DNA from: Stanieria cyanosphaera PCC 7437
GTDB lineage: Bacteria; Cyanobacteriota; Cyanobacteriia; Cyanobacteriales; Xenococcaceae
Direction: 5' to 3'
DNA length: 64,000 nucleotides
NCBI RefSeq assembly: GCF_000317575.1
Contig: NC_019748.1
Location: 2,299,199 to 2,363,198 of the forward strand
In this document: in pieces, positions 41,248 through 51,996 of the stretch
How the letters are laid out: the number at the start of each line of letters is the position of its first letter
Position numbering within the stretch: the stretch's first letter is position 1
Made by a program: the position numbers and the translations under genes
The notes under the pieces: model-generated
Databases searched by the model: none
Seen by the model: only the letters and a program-made list of their open reading frames with translations
Told to the model about the DNA's origin: nothing

Positions 41248-42695
41248 TTTAGATGATCATTGTCAGTTTCCCATTCTGGTGTACCACTGAGAATTTTGCG
41301 TAGTTTAGTAAGTGGTTTGCCAACTTTGATACCATAACGAGTTATTTCTATTTCTCGTAAGGTTTTTTCAAAATCAGAGAGGCGTTTTTTCAGAACTCCG
41401 ATCGCTTTACGCATTTCTCCATTAATTTCTAGATAGCGTAAAAAAACAATATTATCTGCAATATAACTAATACCTACATCAGTAGCACGAAAATTTCCAG
41501 TAATTTCTTCTATTTCATTGACTAAAATTACTGTCACTCCCATATTTTGCAAATATTTACAAACACTGTGGAGACTACGGACTAAATTTTCACCACGCAT
41601 AGCAACGCGATAACCAGAGACACTATCAATCATAACGATTTGAGCTTGCTTGGTTTCAACTTCATGACGAATTAAATTAGCAAATTCATCAGAACTTAAC
41701 AGCAATGGTTCAATCGGTACTACTGATAAAGTACCGCGATCAAGCATAGCATGGACAGGAATATTGACTGCTTCTGAACGAATCAATAAGTTTTCTGTAG
41801 CTTCTTCAAAAGTATAAATTACTGATCGTTCTCCTCTTCCTGCTGCTTCTTTCATAAATTGCAATCCCAGAGTAGTTTTACCTACCCCTGTTGGCCCTGT
41901 CAAAATAGTAACAGTACTTCGTTCCAAGCCACCATGAAGCAGTTCATCTAATTCTGGCACACCAGACGCGATCGCGTTTTGAGTAAATTCTCTGCGATGA
42001 CTTTCTGGTTGCAAACGTGGAGAAATTTTCATTCCTTGAGCGGTTAAACGAACTGAATGTAAACCACTAAGATAGTCTGAACCACGAAATTTACTAACTC
42101 TGATAGTTCTACCTTCGAGGGTATTGTCGAGATGAATCACACCATCACTCATAAATTGTAAGTCGTCATCTGGCGCAGATTCACTTCCTTCGGAAGTAAA
42201 GAGTACTGTAGCACCTGATTCGAGCAAAAAACGCAGGAAAGAAAGAACTTGCTTACGAAATTGAAAATCATCGGTTGCTAAATAGCGAAACTGAGTCATA
42301 GCATCGAGAAAAACTCGCTGAGGTTTAAGATTTTCGATGCATTCAATTAATTTCTCTGTAGTTGGTTCGCGTTCTACTTCGGCTGGAGAAAATAAATCGT
42401 AAGTTTGGATTTCTGTAAAAAATTCGGAAGAAGGACTCAGATCTAAAAAATGAATACCATCCATCTTTAAACCAATCGCTGTTCCATTAGCTTTGATTTG
42501 TTCTGCTGGTTCGCCAAAAGTAACGTAAAGACTATCTTTATTTTCAACAAAACCTTGAGCCAAAAAATGTAATCCTAAAGTTGTTTTGCCACTACCAGGA
42601 CCACCTCTGATAAGATAAGCTCTACTAGGAACGAATCCTCCCTTAAGTATTTCGTCAAAACCGACTATTCCAGTAGAAATTCGTTTAAAATTCAT
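41244..42695 (-). CDS. KaiC-like double RecA-domain ATPase (circadian clock protein KaiC paralog)
   Basis: Two Walker A motifs (GGPGSGKTT, GPTGVGKTT). ISTGIVGFDEIL N-terminal block typical of KaiC. Confidence 0.8.
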   Translation of the reverse strand: MNFKRISTGIVGFDEILKGGFVPSRAYLIRGGPGSGKTTLGLHFLAQGFVENKDSLYVTFGEPAEQIKANGTAIGLKMDGIHFLDLSPSSEFFTEIQTYDLFSPAEVEREPTTEKLIECIENLKPQRVFLDAMTQFRYLATDDFQFRKQVLSFLRFLLESGATVLFTSEGSESAPDDDLQFMSDGVIHLDNTLEGRTIRVSKFRGSDYLSGLHSVRLTAQGMKISPRLQPESHRREFTQNAIASGVPELDELLHGGLERSTVTILTGPTGVGKTTLGLQFMKEAAGRGERSVIYTFEEATENLLIRSEAVNIPVHAMLDRGTLSVVPIEPLLLSSDEFANLIRHEVETKQAQIVMIDSVSGYRVAMRGENLVRSLHSVCKYLQNMGVTVILVNEIEEITGNFRATDVGISYIADNIVFLRYLEINGEMRKAIGVLKKRLSDFEKTLREIEITRYGIKVGKPLTKLRKILSGTPEWETDNDHLK

Positions 42696-42908
42696 GCTTA
42701 GGCTGATTTTTGTTGGTTGAAAGAAATTTGAGCAGGTTAAGATCGAATAATAATTAACAGTCTAATTTTATAACTAGTTCACTGAAAAAAAATAACTCAG
42801 TATTTTTACAGATTGAGATTGAATTATTTCATCTAACGTGCGATCGCGTTTAGCTATGAGCTTGAAAGTATTAAAATATATAATGCTCATCTCCCTTCAT
42901 TCCTAACC

Positions 42909-44822
42909 ATGACCATTTCTTCTGCTGTAGAATTTCAAGACGCTTTTGATGTGATCGTCATTGGGGCCGGTCATTCTGGCTGTGAAGCTGCTTTAGCTGC
43001 TGCACGCTTGGGTTGTCGTACTTTGATGTTGACTCTTAATCTAGATAAAATCGCTTGGCAGCCTTGTAATCCTGCGGTTGGAGGACCTGCCAAATCTCAA
43101 TTAACCCACGAAGTTGATGCTTTGGGTGGAGAAATTGGCAAAATGGCAGACCGTACTTATCTGCAAAAACGTGTCCTTAATTCTTCTCGTGGTCCTGCTG
43201 TCTGGGCATTAAGGGCGCAAACCGATAAACGCGAATACGCTGCGGTAATGAAAGGGATTGTCGAAAATCAGGTCAATCTGTCGATTCGGGAGGGAATGGC
43301 GACGGATTTGGTGTTGGGGAAGAATGATGAGGTTATTGGAGTTCAAACTTACTTTGGAACTTGTTTCGCTGCTAAAGCCGTAGTTTTAACTACTGGCACT
43401 TTTTTGGGCGGACGTATCTGGGTAGGTAATAAATCAATGGAAGCAGGTAGGGCAGGAGAATTTGCAGCCATCGGTTTAACAGAAACTCTCAATCGATTTG
43501 GTTTTGAAACAGGAAGATTAAAAACAGGAACACCTGCCAGGGTAGATAAGCGTTCTGTAGACTATAGCAAAATGGAAGTTCAACCTCCAGATGAGGAGGT
43601 ACGTTGGTTTTCTTTTGACCCCGAAGCTTGGGTAGAAAAAGAACAAATGAATTGCTATCTAACTCGAACTACCGCCGAAACCCATCAAATTATTCGGGAC
43701 AATCTGCATTTATCTCCTGTTTATGGTGGTTGGGTTGATGCCAAAGGACCTCGTTACTGTCCTAGCATCGAAGACAAAATTGTGCGTTTTGCGGATAAGG
43801 AAAGCCATCAAATTTTTATCGAACCTGAAGGTAGAGATATTCCTGAACTTTATATTCAAGGATTTTCGACTGGTTTACCTGAAAATTTGCAATTGGCAAT
43901 GCTCAGAAGTCTTCCTGGTCTAGAAAAATGCGTCATGCTGCGTCCTGCTTACGCTGTGGAATACGATTATTTACCTGCGACTCAGTGTTATGCAACTTTG
44001 ATGACCAAAAAAATTGAGGGGTTATTTTCCGCCGGTCAAATCAATGGAACTACTGGTTATGAAGAAGCAGCAGCCCAAGGTATCGTTGCAGGAATCAATG
44101 CAGCTAGGTTTGCACGGGGACAGGAGATGATTGTTTTTCCTCGGGAAGAAAGTTATCTGGGTACACTAATTGACGATCTCTGTACCAAAGATTTACGCGA
44201 ACCCTATCGAATGCTGACTAGTCGTTCTGAATATCGCTTAATCTTGCGTTCCGATAATGCTGACCGCCGTTTAACTCCTAGGGGGCGAGAAATTGGTTTA
44301 ATTGACGATCGCCGTTGGCAATTATTCTGTGATAAACAAGCCAAAATTGCAGCAGAAAAAGAACGACTATTTGAAACCAGAATCAAAGAAAGAGATGAAG
44401 TTGGTATTGCGATCGCAGCAGTTACGGAACAAAAAATTAAAGGTTCAATTACTTTAGCGGATCTTTTGCGTCGTCCTGGTTTTCATTATCAACATTTAGA
44501 ACAATACGATTTAGGAAATCCTCAATTAAATCTCATCGAAAAAGAAGGCGCAGAAATAGATATTAAATACTCTGGTTACATCAAACGTCAGCAAATTCAA
44601 ATTGACCAAATTGTTCGCTATAGCAATCGCAAATTATCTTCAGAAATTGATTATATGAAGATTGAAACCTTATCAATGGAAGCCAGAGAAAAATTAACCA
44701 AAGTTAGACCTTTAACTATTGGTCAAGCCTCTAGAATTGGCGGAGTAAATCCTGCCGATATCAACGCATTATTAGTTTATTTGGAAACAAAAGAACGAGT
44801 AAAAGCAACAGTTATCAGTTAG
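42909..44822 (+). CDS. mnmG: tRNA uridine 5-carboxymethylaminomethyl modification enzyme MnmG (GidA)
   Basis: 637 aa. FAD-binding [22 protein letters not shown] and GGEIGK motifs. Confidence 0.9.
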   Translation: MTISSAVEFQDAFDVIVIGAGHSGCEAALAAARLGCRTLMLTLNLDKIAWQPCNPAVGGPAKSQLTHEVDALGGEIGKMADRTYLQKRVLNSSRGPAVWALRAQTDKREYAAVMKGIVENQVNLSIREGMATDLVLGKNDEVIGVQTYFGTCFAAKAVVLTTGTFLGGRIWVGNKSMEAGRAGEFAAIGLTETLNRFGFETGRLKTGTPARVDKRSVDYSKMEVQPPDEEVRWFSFDPEAWVEKEQMNCYLTRTTAETHQIIRDNLHLSPVYGGWVDAKGPRYCPSIEDKIVRFADKESHQIFIEPEGRDIPELYIQGFSTGLPENLQLAMLRSLPGLEKCVMLRPAYAVEYDYLPATQCYATLMTKKIEGLFSAGQINGTTGYEEAAAQGIVAGINAARFARGQEMIVFPREESYLGTLIDDLCTKDLREPYRMLTSRSEYRLILRSDNADRRLTPRGREIGLIDDRRWQLFCDKQAKIAAEKERLFETRIKERDEVGIAIAAVTEQKIKGSITLADLLRRPGFHYQHLEQYDLGNPQLNLIEKEGAEIDIKYSGYIKRQQIQIDQIVRYSNRKLSSEIDYMKIETLSMEAREKLTKVRPLTIGQASRIGGVNPADINALLVYLETKERVKATVIS

Positions 44823-44900
44823 TAATTATGAGGGATGAATAATTAACCTCACCGAAGGTGCGCGTAGCGACCAACTATCAACAATCAAGCATTAACAATC
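44823..44900 (+). mobile_element. MITE-like small repeat, partial/diverged copy B
   Basis: TAATTATGAGGGATGAATAATTAACCTCACCGAAGGTGCGCGTAGCGACCAAC is near-identical to the reverse complement of 53680-53737. Begins at the mnmG stop codon. Confidence 0.5.
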
Positions 44901-44939
44901 AACAAAAGTTTTGAATGTATCTAAGTTGAAATAAGCTCA

Positions 44940-46973
44940 TTAACGATCTTCAAATTGATTAAATTTCCTACTCCGAGGTTTATCGAGGTTAATTTCACGT
45001 AAAGGAAGCTCTCTTTCTATCACAGGAGGTCTTAATCTTTCCTGCCAATTTTTGATTTGAGATTGAGCTTCTGAATAAGCAACTGTTCCCGAAGGAATGG
45101 TTTGTGCGATCGCGATCGCTTCTTCTAAAGCATAACTAGACTTGGTATAAGCTAAATCCAGTATTTGATTTGCCCAACCATTAATAATTTGTTGCGTTTG
45201 ACTGTAAGCATTAGTAGCAGAAGAAACTTGTTGAGCTAGGTTAATCGCTTTAACTAAAGCTTCTGGAGTACCTATATCAGCAAGATCATAGGCTTCTCTT
45301 AAATAATTATCTGCTTGAATTTCCTGTCGCCACAAAGCTACTTTTTCTTGTGCTTGTTGATATAACGCTCTACCTGGTCTAATTCTTTCTGCTGCTCTAA
45401 TTGCCTCACTATAATTTCTTGTTCCAGCTAGAGTGAGAGCCTGATCGAGAAACGGTCGGTCTTCTTCGCGTTCAATATTAGCTTGCCAATTTTGGATATT
45501 TCTTTGTGCTTCTGAATAAAGAGGACTATTAGAAGTAATCAAACTTGCTTCAGCAATTGCCTGTTTCCAAGCACTAAGGTTGCTGCCAATTGCTAGTTGA
45601 TTGGCTCGATCTAAAACAGGTTGGTCTTCAATAATTCTAATTTCTCGTCGCCAACTATTGATTTGTTGTTGTGCTTGTTGATAACGAGGATTGGTTGAAG
45701 CAACTAAACTAGCTTCAGCGATCGCAGCATTATAATCTTTAATTTGACCACCTAAAGCTAAATTCTTGGCTTCTTCTAAATGTTTAACCGCTTCAATTTC
45801 TAATTTCCAGCGACTAATTAATTTTTGTCCGCGCTGATATAAGGGACTATTTGGTTTTAAGTTTTGTAATTCTAAAATTCCTTCTTCTAAACCAAATACA
45901 GTATCCAAGCTAGCACTTGAACCAGCACCAGCCAACAGATTCCAATCTTCAATTTGTTTTTCTAATTTTAGACTCTTAGGAATTCTACTGGTAACTTGAA
46001 GTATTTCCTGCCATTTTTCTTGGTCAATTGATTGGTCGATATATTTAAGCAACTGATTTTTTGCATCTGCTCTTAAATCTTGAGCATCTTGATAAGCATA
46101 GCTACTAGTTTCAATCGCTTCAACTTTTTCTAGTGCTGCCAAAATATTGTCTAAACCACCACGACGAAACTGATCGTAAGCACGGTCTAAAGTTGACCTT
46201 TCTTCTTGAGCTACATTAATTTTATTAATCGCTTCTTGATACTTGGTAGTTGCCCAATATTGATTGTTAATGTCCGTTAATTTTACCGCCCAACTAAAAG
46301 CTTGATTCCAATTAGAATCACGCAGTTGTTTTTCCACTTCAGCGTAATTTTGTTCTGCTGCTTGCCAAATTGCATTCCACTGACTAATTTTATCTTCTGC
46401 TAACTGACGCGCTTTAAATTGACTAGGAATTTTTTGAGCAATTTGTTCTGCTGTTTTCAATTCACCTTGCTGAAACTTTTCTTCTGCGATCGCTAGAATA
46501 TCTGTAGTCCATTTTTCTACATTGCGGTCGATCTCAGCACGAAGCGGATGTGAAGCTGGTAAAACCCGAACCAGAGCGATCGCTTGTAATAAATTATCAA
46601 CTGTTTGTTCTTCGGCAGCAATTTGAGCGCAATACAAACGAACTGAAGCAGAAGCTACTGGCCAAAAAACTTTAGAACAGGTTTGAGTTTTCGGTAATTT
46701 GAGTAGCAAAGAGGTAGCAGTAAAACCAATACCTCCCGAAATCAGCACCAAGACAATACCCCAGAATTGCCAAGCTTGCCACCAAGAAAATTGTCTCGAT
46801 TTTTCGATTTGCATTGACTCAAATTCCTCACGATTGCGACTATTGACAGAAGTAGTTGGGGAAATAGTATTTTGAGCAAAGTTTCTAAGTGCAGAAGATT
46901 GCTGTGGTTTTTCAGATAAATCTGATTGTTTCCAAGCACCATTTAAACTTTGGTTGTCTCGCTCAAGGGTCAT
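44940..46973 (-). CDS. membrane-anchored hypothetical protein with ~50-aa internal repeats
   Basis: One TM helix near residue 70. At least 6 repeats of Y(S/Q)xAQxxIxxWxxxI(R/E). Confidence 0.5.
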   Translation of the reverse strand: MTLERDNQSLNGAWKQSDLSEKPQQSSALRNFAQNTISPTTSVNSRNREEFESMQIEKSRQFSWWQAWQFWGIVLVLISGGIGFTATSLLLKLPKTQTCSKVFWPVASASVRLYCAQIAAEEQTVDNLLQAIALVRVLPASHPLRAEIDRNVEKWTTDILAIAEEKFQQGELKTAEQIAQKIPSQFKARQLAEDKISQWNAIWQAAEQNYAEVEKQLRDSNWNQAFSWAVKLTDINNQYWATTKYQEAINKINVAQEERSTLDRAYDQFRRGGLDNILAALEKVEAIETSSYAYQDAQDLRADAKNQLLKYIDQSIDQEKWQEILQVTSRIPKSLKLEKQIEDWNLLAGAGSSASLDTVFGLEEGILELQNLKPNSPLYQRGQKLISRWKLEIEAVKHLEEAKNLALGGQIKDYNAAIAEASLVASTNPRYQQAQQQINSWRREIRIIEDQPVLDRANQLAIGSNLSAWKQAIAEASLITSNSPLYSEAQRNIQNWQANIEREEDRPFLDQALTLAGTRNYSEAIRAAERIRPGRALYQQAQEKVALWRQEIQADNYLREAYDLADIGTPEALVKAINLAQQVSSATNAYSQTQQIINGWANQILDLAYTKSSYALEEAIAIAQTIPSGTVAYSEAQSQIKNWQERLRPPVIERELPLREINLDKPRSRKFNQFEDR

Positions 46974-47129
46974 AACATACCTAACCTTAATTTTCCAACT
47001 ACTTCTTAACTTCCACAGAGAATCAATAGAATTGTATTACATCATATCATTGGTTTTTTCTCAGTAAAATTACTTGTTGTTTTTAATTTGCTCAAAGTTC
47101 AATTTAACCTTTAAATTTGGTTGTTTAGT

Positions 47130-48029
47130 TCAAAACGATTCAGTTTTTAAATCTTCAATTAATTGAATTAATTCTTCCTTACTCGCTTGATAAACTTCTC
47201 CACAAAATTGACAAGTTGCTTCTGCTCCTTCGTCTTTTTCAATCATGTCTTGTAATTCTGCTTCTCCTAGCATTTTTAAAGCACCTAAAACACGATTAAA
47301 AGAACAACTACAATCAAAACGTACCATTTGAATTTCTGGCAGAATTGATAAGCCTAAATCTCCTAGTAAATCGTCCAGAATTTCTGTCAAAGTTTTACCT
47401 TGTTTCAGTAAAGGAGTAAAGCCTTTTAGTTGACTTACACGAGCTTCTAATAAAGCGACTAAAGATTCATCACGAGCAGCTTTGGGCAACACTTGTAATA
47501 ATAAACCTCCGGCAGCCGTAACTCCTTGCGCTCCAACAAACACTCCTACTAGTAAAGCAGAAGGGGTTTGTTCTGAATTAATTAAATAATTAGCCACATC
47601 ATCGCCTACTTCTCCTGAGACTAACTCAACCGTACTAGAGTAAGGATAACCATAACCCACATCTCTAACCACATAGAGATAACCTTCATTACCGACTGCT
47701 CTACCTACATCTAATTTACCGATCGCATTTGGAGGTAGTTCTATACTAGGATTACCAACATAACCCCTTACTGTGCCATCTAAACCAGCATCAACTAACA
47801 ATCCTCCCAAAGGACCATTACCTTTGATCCTCAGATTTACTCGTGAGCCTTCACGCTTCATACTAGAAGCAAGTAATAAACCAGAAGACATTGCTCTTCC
47901 TAAAGCTGCGGTAGCGACATAAGAAAGCTGATGTTTTGCCCTTGCTTCTTCCGTTAAACGAGTGGTAATGACCCCTACGGCTCTAATACCATTATCGGCT
48001 GCGGTTGCTCTAATCAATTGGTCTGCCAT
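47130..48029 (-). CDS. hslO: Hsp33 redox-regulated chaperone
   Basis: C-terminal CxC...CxxC zinc centre (CSCSF...CQFCGEVY). 299 aa. Confidence 0.85.
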   Translation of the reverse strand: MADQLIRATAADNGIRAVGVITTRLTEEARAKHQLSYVATAALGRAMSSGLLLASSMKREGSRVNLRIKGNGPLGGLLVDAGLDGTVRGYVGNPSIELPPNAIGKLDVGRAVGNEGYLYVVRDVGYGYPYSSTVELVSGEVGDDVANYLINSEQTPSALLVGVFVGAQGVTAAGGLLLQVLPKAARDESLVALLEARVSQLKGFTPLLKQGKTLTEILDDLLGDLGLSILPEIQMVRFDCSCSFNRVLGALKMLGEAELQDMIEKDEGAEATCQFCGEVYQASKEELIQLIEDLKTESF

Positions 48030-48170
48030 TTAATTCCCTAAAATTTTACTTTTGAACTGAGAGTGAGTTTGTCTGATCGATATCTAGTTTTTTATTTTTT
48101 ATCTTTAACTTAAAATAAAATTTCTATCTATAATTGTGCTAATCAAAATCAATCAAGGAGACTTTATAAT

Positions 48171-48335
48171 ATGAAACTCAATTCCATCAAAGTTATGACT
48201 CTTGGGTTAGTTTTAGGCTTAACTACTCTTTTGGGTGCTTGTGAGCAAACCACTAACACTCCTACTGATGGTGGTACTGCTGCTCCTGAAGGTGGTGCAG
48301 GAACTACTGAACCTGCTCCTGCTGAAGGACAATAA
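48171..48335 (+). CDS. small lipoprotein (54 aa), hypothetical
   Basis: AGGAG RBS. Signal plus lipobox LLGAC. Low-complexity T/G/A/P-rich tail. Absent from the ORF track. Confidence 0.4.
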   Translation: MKLNSIKVMTLGLVLGLTTLLGACEQTTNTPTDGGTAAPEGGAGTTEPAPAEGQ

Positions 48336-48380
48336 AACTTAATTATTTAATTTTGATTGTTTTAAGGCAATCACACTTGT

Positions 48381-48968
48381 TTGTTGAGAAAACTTTTTCT
48401 CAACTTTCTGCCTGGTTCGTTCCAAGCACTACTCTCAACACATTTTGTCATGAAGTATAATCGACTAACTTTGTCTACTTTGTTAGCTGTTGGCTTTTCT
48501 TGTACAACAGTCTTCTTTTCGAGTTTCCAACCAAGCTATAGTCAAGATACAGTACCTCAAACCCCAATTGATTCTAATTCGGAGACAGAAAAAGAGGTCA
48601 GCCAACAAGAACTACAAAAATTTGCTCAAGCTTACCAAGAAGTTCAAAAAATTCAAAAAAGCTCCGAAGTTAAAATGGTTCAAGCTGTTGAAGGAGAAGG
48701 TTTAAGTCCAGAAAGATTTATCGAAATTAGCAAATCACAGCCAAATTCTGAATCTGACAATAATACTACAAATGTCAGTACCGAAGAACAACAAAGTTTT
48801 GAAAACGCTAAAGCAAAAATAATTGAAATCAGACAAACAACTGAGTCTGATATGACTCAAGCTATCAACAAACAAGGATTAGAAATTCCTCGTTTTAATG
48901 AAATTTTAACAGCTTTACAACAAGATTCTCAACTTCGCGAGCAATTTCAACAAATGATGGTTAATTAA
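48381..48968 (+). CDS. secreted DUF4168-like protein
   Basis: Signal peptide. Repeated (Q/E)ELQKFAQAYQEVQKI-type helices. The start may be the internal MKYNRL. Confidence 0.45.
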   Translation: MLRKLFLNFLPGSFQALLSTHFVMKYNRLTLSTLLAVGFSCTTVFFSSFQPSYSQDTVPQTPIDSNSETEKEVSQQELQKFAQAYQEVQKIQKSSEVKMVQAVEGEGLSPERFIEISKSQPNSESDNNTTNVSTEEQQSFENAKAKIIEIRQTTESDMTQAINKQGLEIPRFNEILTALQQDSQLREQFQQMMVN

Positions 48969-48987
48969 CTGATAATTATCATTTTTT

Positions 48988-49062
48988 AGATGCGCTTCCG
49001 TCCTCGTAGGTTCGACTAAGTTGTTAGAGCCAACCGAGGGCGGGAATGTGTTTTTGCTTTAT
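48988..49062 (+). terminator. probable rho-independent terminator or structured 3' element
   Basis: 9-bp GC-rich stem CCGUCCUCG/CGAGGGCGG with a nested GGUU/AACC pair, followed by GUGUUUUUGCUUU. Confidence 0.45.
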
Positions 49063-49238
49063 CGAAAATTAGAGAAGATTTTCTTTGAATCCTTAGAATT
49101 AATATTCTTGATCTAAGATCAAAAAAATTACTGTGACTAAACCTCAATGCTTAAGTTTTTATACTTATTTTATGGGAACGAGTCGCACACTAAGATTTTA
49201 TATAGTAGTTATTTATAATAATCTAACTAAATTGATTA

Positions 49239-50432
49239 ATGGTTCCTCGCCAAAGCATAATTGAAATATTTTCAACTTTTATTCAATTTGATTTTGACCG
49301 CTTTAATCATTGGGCGACCGACCCCCGCTTGCGTCGCAACATGAAACGACATCTTGAGCAAGCCTCCTCGAAAGAAATTTCGGAAAACTTTTGGGCTATT
49401 TACTGGCATAAGTCATGGCAAAATGAGCCTACGGGTTTAGCAAGAGAACATCTGTCTGCTTACCTGCAAGAAGTTTGTTTTTGGTCTACTAATAAAACGA
49501 TGACTGGCTTTACTAGTAGCCAATATACAATTTCTGATTGTTTTCAAGTTGCGATCGCTGGTATTGATAAAGTTCTCAAAGGTTTTAATCCTAAACAAGG
49601 TTACAATCTCAAAAATTACGCCGGTATTACTTTTAGTAATCTGATTCGGGAGTTACTTAGACAGAAACAAGAGGTTGATATTTGTTCTGATTGGGCTTTA
49701 TTACGGAAACTCAGTCAAAAAAGATTGGAAGAATCTCTCAAAAATGCAGGATTAACTAAAGATACAATTGCTAGTTACGTTTTGGCTTGGAATTGTCTCA
49801 AAACTCTTTACGTTCCTAATCAAGCGACCCCAACTCGTCGATTGTCTAAACCAGACCAACAAACTTGGGAACAGATTGTTAAACTGTATCAACAAGAAAG
49901 TAAAGTTCAATTACCTAACGCTACAGAAGTAGTTAATGCTGAAATTTTAGAAAAATGGTTGACAGCTTGTGTCAAGTCTGCACGTGCTTATTTATATCCG
50001 ACGGTAACTTCAATTAATTTACCTCGTTCAGGCGAAGGTTCGGGAGAAATAATTGATAATCTGCCTGGGCAAATAGATGACTCGCTACTGACAGAAATGA
50101 TTGTTGAAGAAGAACAAGCTGACCGTAATCAACAACAATCTCAAATCAATGGAGTTTTAATCACAGCTTTGCAAAAGTTGGATGCCGATGAACAGAAATT
50201 GTTAGAACTGTACTACGCTCGCTCAATGACTCAAACTGAGATGGCAAAAGAGCTTAATACGCAACAATATAATGTATCGCGCAAATTATCAAGAGCTAGA
50301 AAAACATTACTCAAATCCCTCGCACAATGGAGTAAAGATACTCTGCATATCTCCCTCACCTCGGACGTACTCAATGGCATAAGCACACTTTTAGAAGAAT
50401 GGTTAGCTGGTCACTACAGCACATATAGTTAA
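49239..50432 (+). CDS. sigma-70 region-4 (HTH) domain protein, sigma-factor-like, paired with DUF1822
   Basis: C-terminal LLELYYARSMTQTEMAKELNTQQYNVSRKLSRARKTL resembles sigma region 4.2. Confidence 0.55.
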   Translation: MVPRQSIIEIFSTFIQFDFDRFNHWATDPRLRRNMKRHLEQASSKEISENFWAIYWHKSWQNEPTGLAREHLSAYLQEVCFWSTNKTMTGFTSSQYTISDCFQVAIAGIDKVLKGFNPKQGYNLKNYAGITFSNLIRELLRQKQEVDICSDWALLRKLSQKRLEESLKNAGLTKDTIASYVLAWNCLKTLYVPNQATPTRRLSKPDQQTWEQIVKLYQQESKVQLPNATEVVNAEILEKWLTACVKSARAYLYPTVTSINLPRSGEGSGEIIDNLPGQIDDSLLTEMIVEEEQADRNQQQSQINGVLITALQKLDADEQKLLELYYARSMTQTEMAKELNTQQYNVSRKLSRARKTLLKSLAQWSKDTLHISLTSDVLNGISTLLEEWLAGHYSTYS

Positions 50433-50457
50433 GAAACACACCTGGAGGAATGCCAAA

Positions 50458-51633
50458 ATGTCCGATTTAGCTCTTTTTAACCCAACTGATTTAGTTTTAG
50501 AATTTTCTGACAAAATTAAACAAGAAGCCTGGCGAGATAGTCAAGCTGCTGCTACTCCTACTAGTCGTTGGCAAGTATATCTGAATCAAGTTGCCCTTAG
50601 TGCTGTCTTGCCTTGGTTAAGAGAAGAACAAACTCGTGCTGTTAAAGTTGCTAGTCAAGCTTCTTTAGCTAGTATTTGGGAAGTAGTTAATGGTACTAGT
50701 CTAGCTGTCGGTGATCACAAATTAGTAATTATTCCTAGTGAAGCTGATGACTTAAGCGAAATAAGAGTTCCTCAAGAATGGGTTGATCTTCCTCAATGGA
50801 CAGGAGATTATTATTTAGCCGTACAAGTAAACCTTGATGATAACTACGTTAGAGTTTGGGGTTATACAACTCATCAAAAATTAAAAACAGTAGGTCAATA
50901 TCAAGCAAGCGATCGCACCTATAGTTTAACAGAAGATCATTTAATTACTGACCTTGATGTTCTCTTACTAGCTTGGGAACTTTGTCCTGAAGAAGTTACT
51001 CAAGTAGAAGTTGCAGCTTTACCAGCTATGTCTGCTACTCAAGCCAATAACCTGATTCAACGTCTCGGTAATGTAGATATTTTATTACCTAGAATGGCAA
51101 TTCCTTTTCAATTTTGGGCTGCCTTAATCAAACCAGAAAGTTGGAGAAAACGTTTAGTTCAACAACGTCGTGGTTTACCTGTGAAAGGTTCAGTTGTTGA
51201 GTGGTTAAAAACAGAAGTAGCTAATGTCGTTGAAGAATTCGGTTGGAGACAAGTAGAATTTCAACCTAGTATGGTAGGTGCTAGAGGTGCAAACAATGTA
51301 ATTGATGAATTTGATGCTCCTTCAGAAATAGCTTTAGCTAAACAATTAACAATTGCTAATCAACCTTATGAACTAAAAATTATCCCTTTAGATCTTGAAG
51401 ATGGTTTATGGCGGTTTGAATTGCGTAGTTTAGCTCTTGGGGGTTTAATTCCTGCCGGTACAATTTTACGATTGCTCACAGAAGATTTAGAAGCTTTTGA
51501 AGGTAATGAAGATATAGCTACTACTGCTGTAGAAGAACTTGCTTTAGAAGTAGGTTTAGAGGCAGGTGAAGGTTTAGTTTGGCAAGTTATACCCACCCCC
51601 GAAAATTATGAACCAGAAATTCTTAAATTTTAA
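50458..51633 (+). CDS. DUF1822-family protein
   Basis: 391 aa. The pattern matches cyanobacterial DUF1822. The start codon is 26 nt after the sigma-like gene. Confidence 0.65.
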   Translation: MSDLALFNPTDLVLEFSDKIKQEAWRDSQAAATPTSRWQVYLNQVALSAVLPWLREEQTRAVKVASQASLASIWEVVNGTSLAVGDHKLVIIPSEADDLSEIRVPQEWVDLPQWTGDYYLAVQVNLDDNYVRVWGYTTHQKLKTVGQYQASDRTYSLTEDHLITDLDVLLLAWELCPEEVTQVEVAALPAMSATQANNLIQRLGNVDILLPRMAIPFQFWAALIKPESWRKRLVQQRRGLPVKGSVVEWLKTEVANVVEEFGWRQVEFQPSMVGARGANNVIDEFDAPSEIALAKQLTIANQPYELKIIPLDLEDGLWRFELRSLALGGLIPAGTILRLLTEDLEAFEGNEDIATTAVEELALEVGLEAGEGLVWQVIPTPENYEPEILKF

Positions 51634-51996
51634 TTTCAGGTGCGATAAGTTTTTAATTCAATGGCAGCTTATTGCACCCTCTCTCAATTTCAAATTTAGT
51701 TTTTTGTAGAGAAGTATTTTAAATTTGATGAAAGATTAAATTAGAATTATTGTTAATCAAATCAAGTTTATTTTTATAATTATAGTTATATGAAATAGAA
51801 AAAAGAATGCTACACATTAATCCCCACGTCGCCGAGTCTTTTTCTATCCTCCTCAACCATTCGTAGCAAACATTTAAGTATTTCATATTAGTATTTAAGT
51901 CAATTTGATAGATAAATTTCTAATGATAATTAATAGAGGTATAGCAATGCCATACCCCTAAATTGACGCTTTTCCTATTCTTTTGAATCAATCAAA

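Noticed and set aside
42696-42908. Inverted repeat ATGAGC-N24-GCUCAT in the kaiC-like/mnmG divergent promoter region, as a possible operator
   Set aside because: It is a single 6-bp inverted repeat with long spacing, which could occur by chance in AT-rich DNA. It is insufficient alone.
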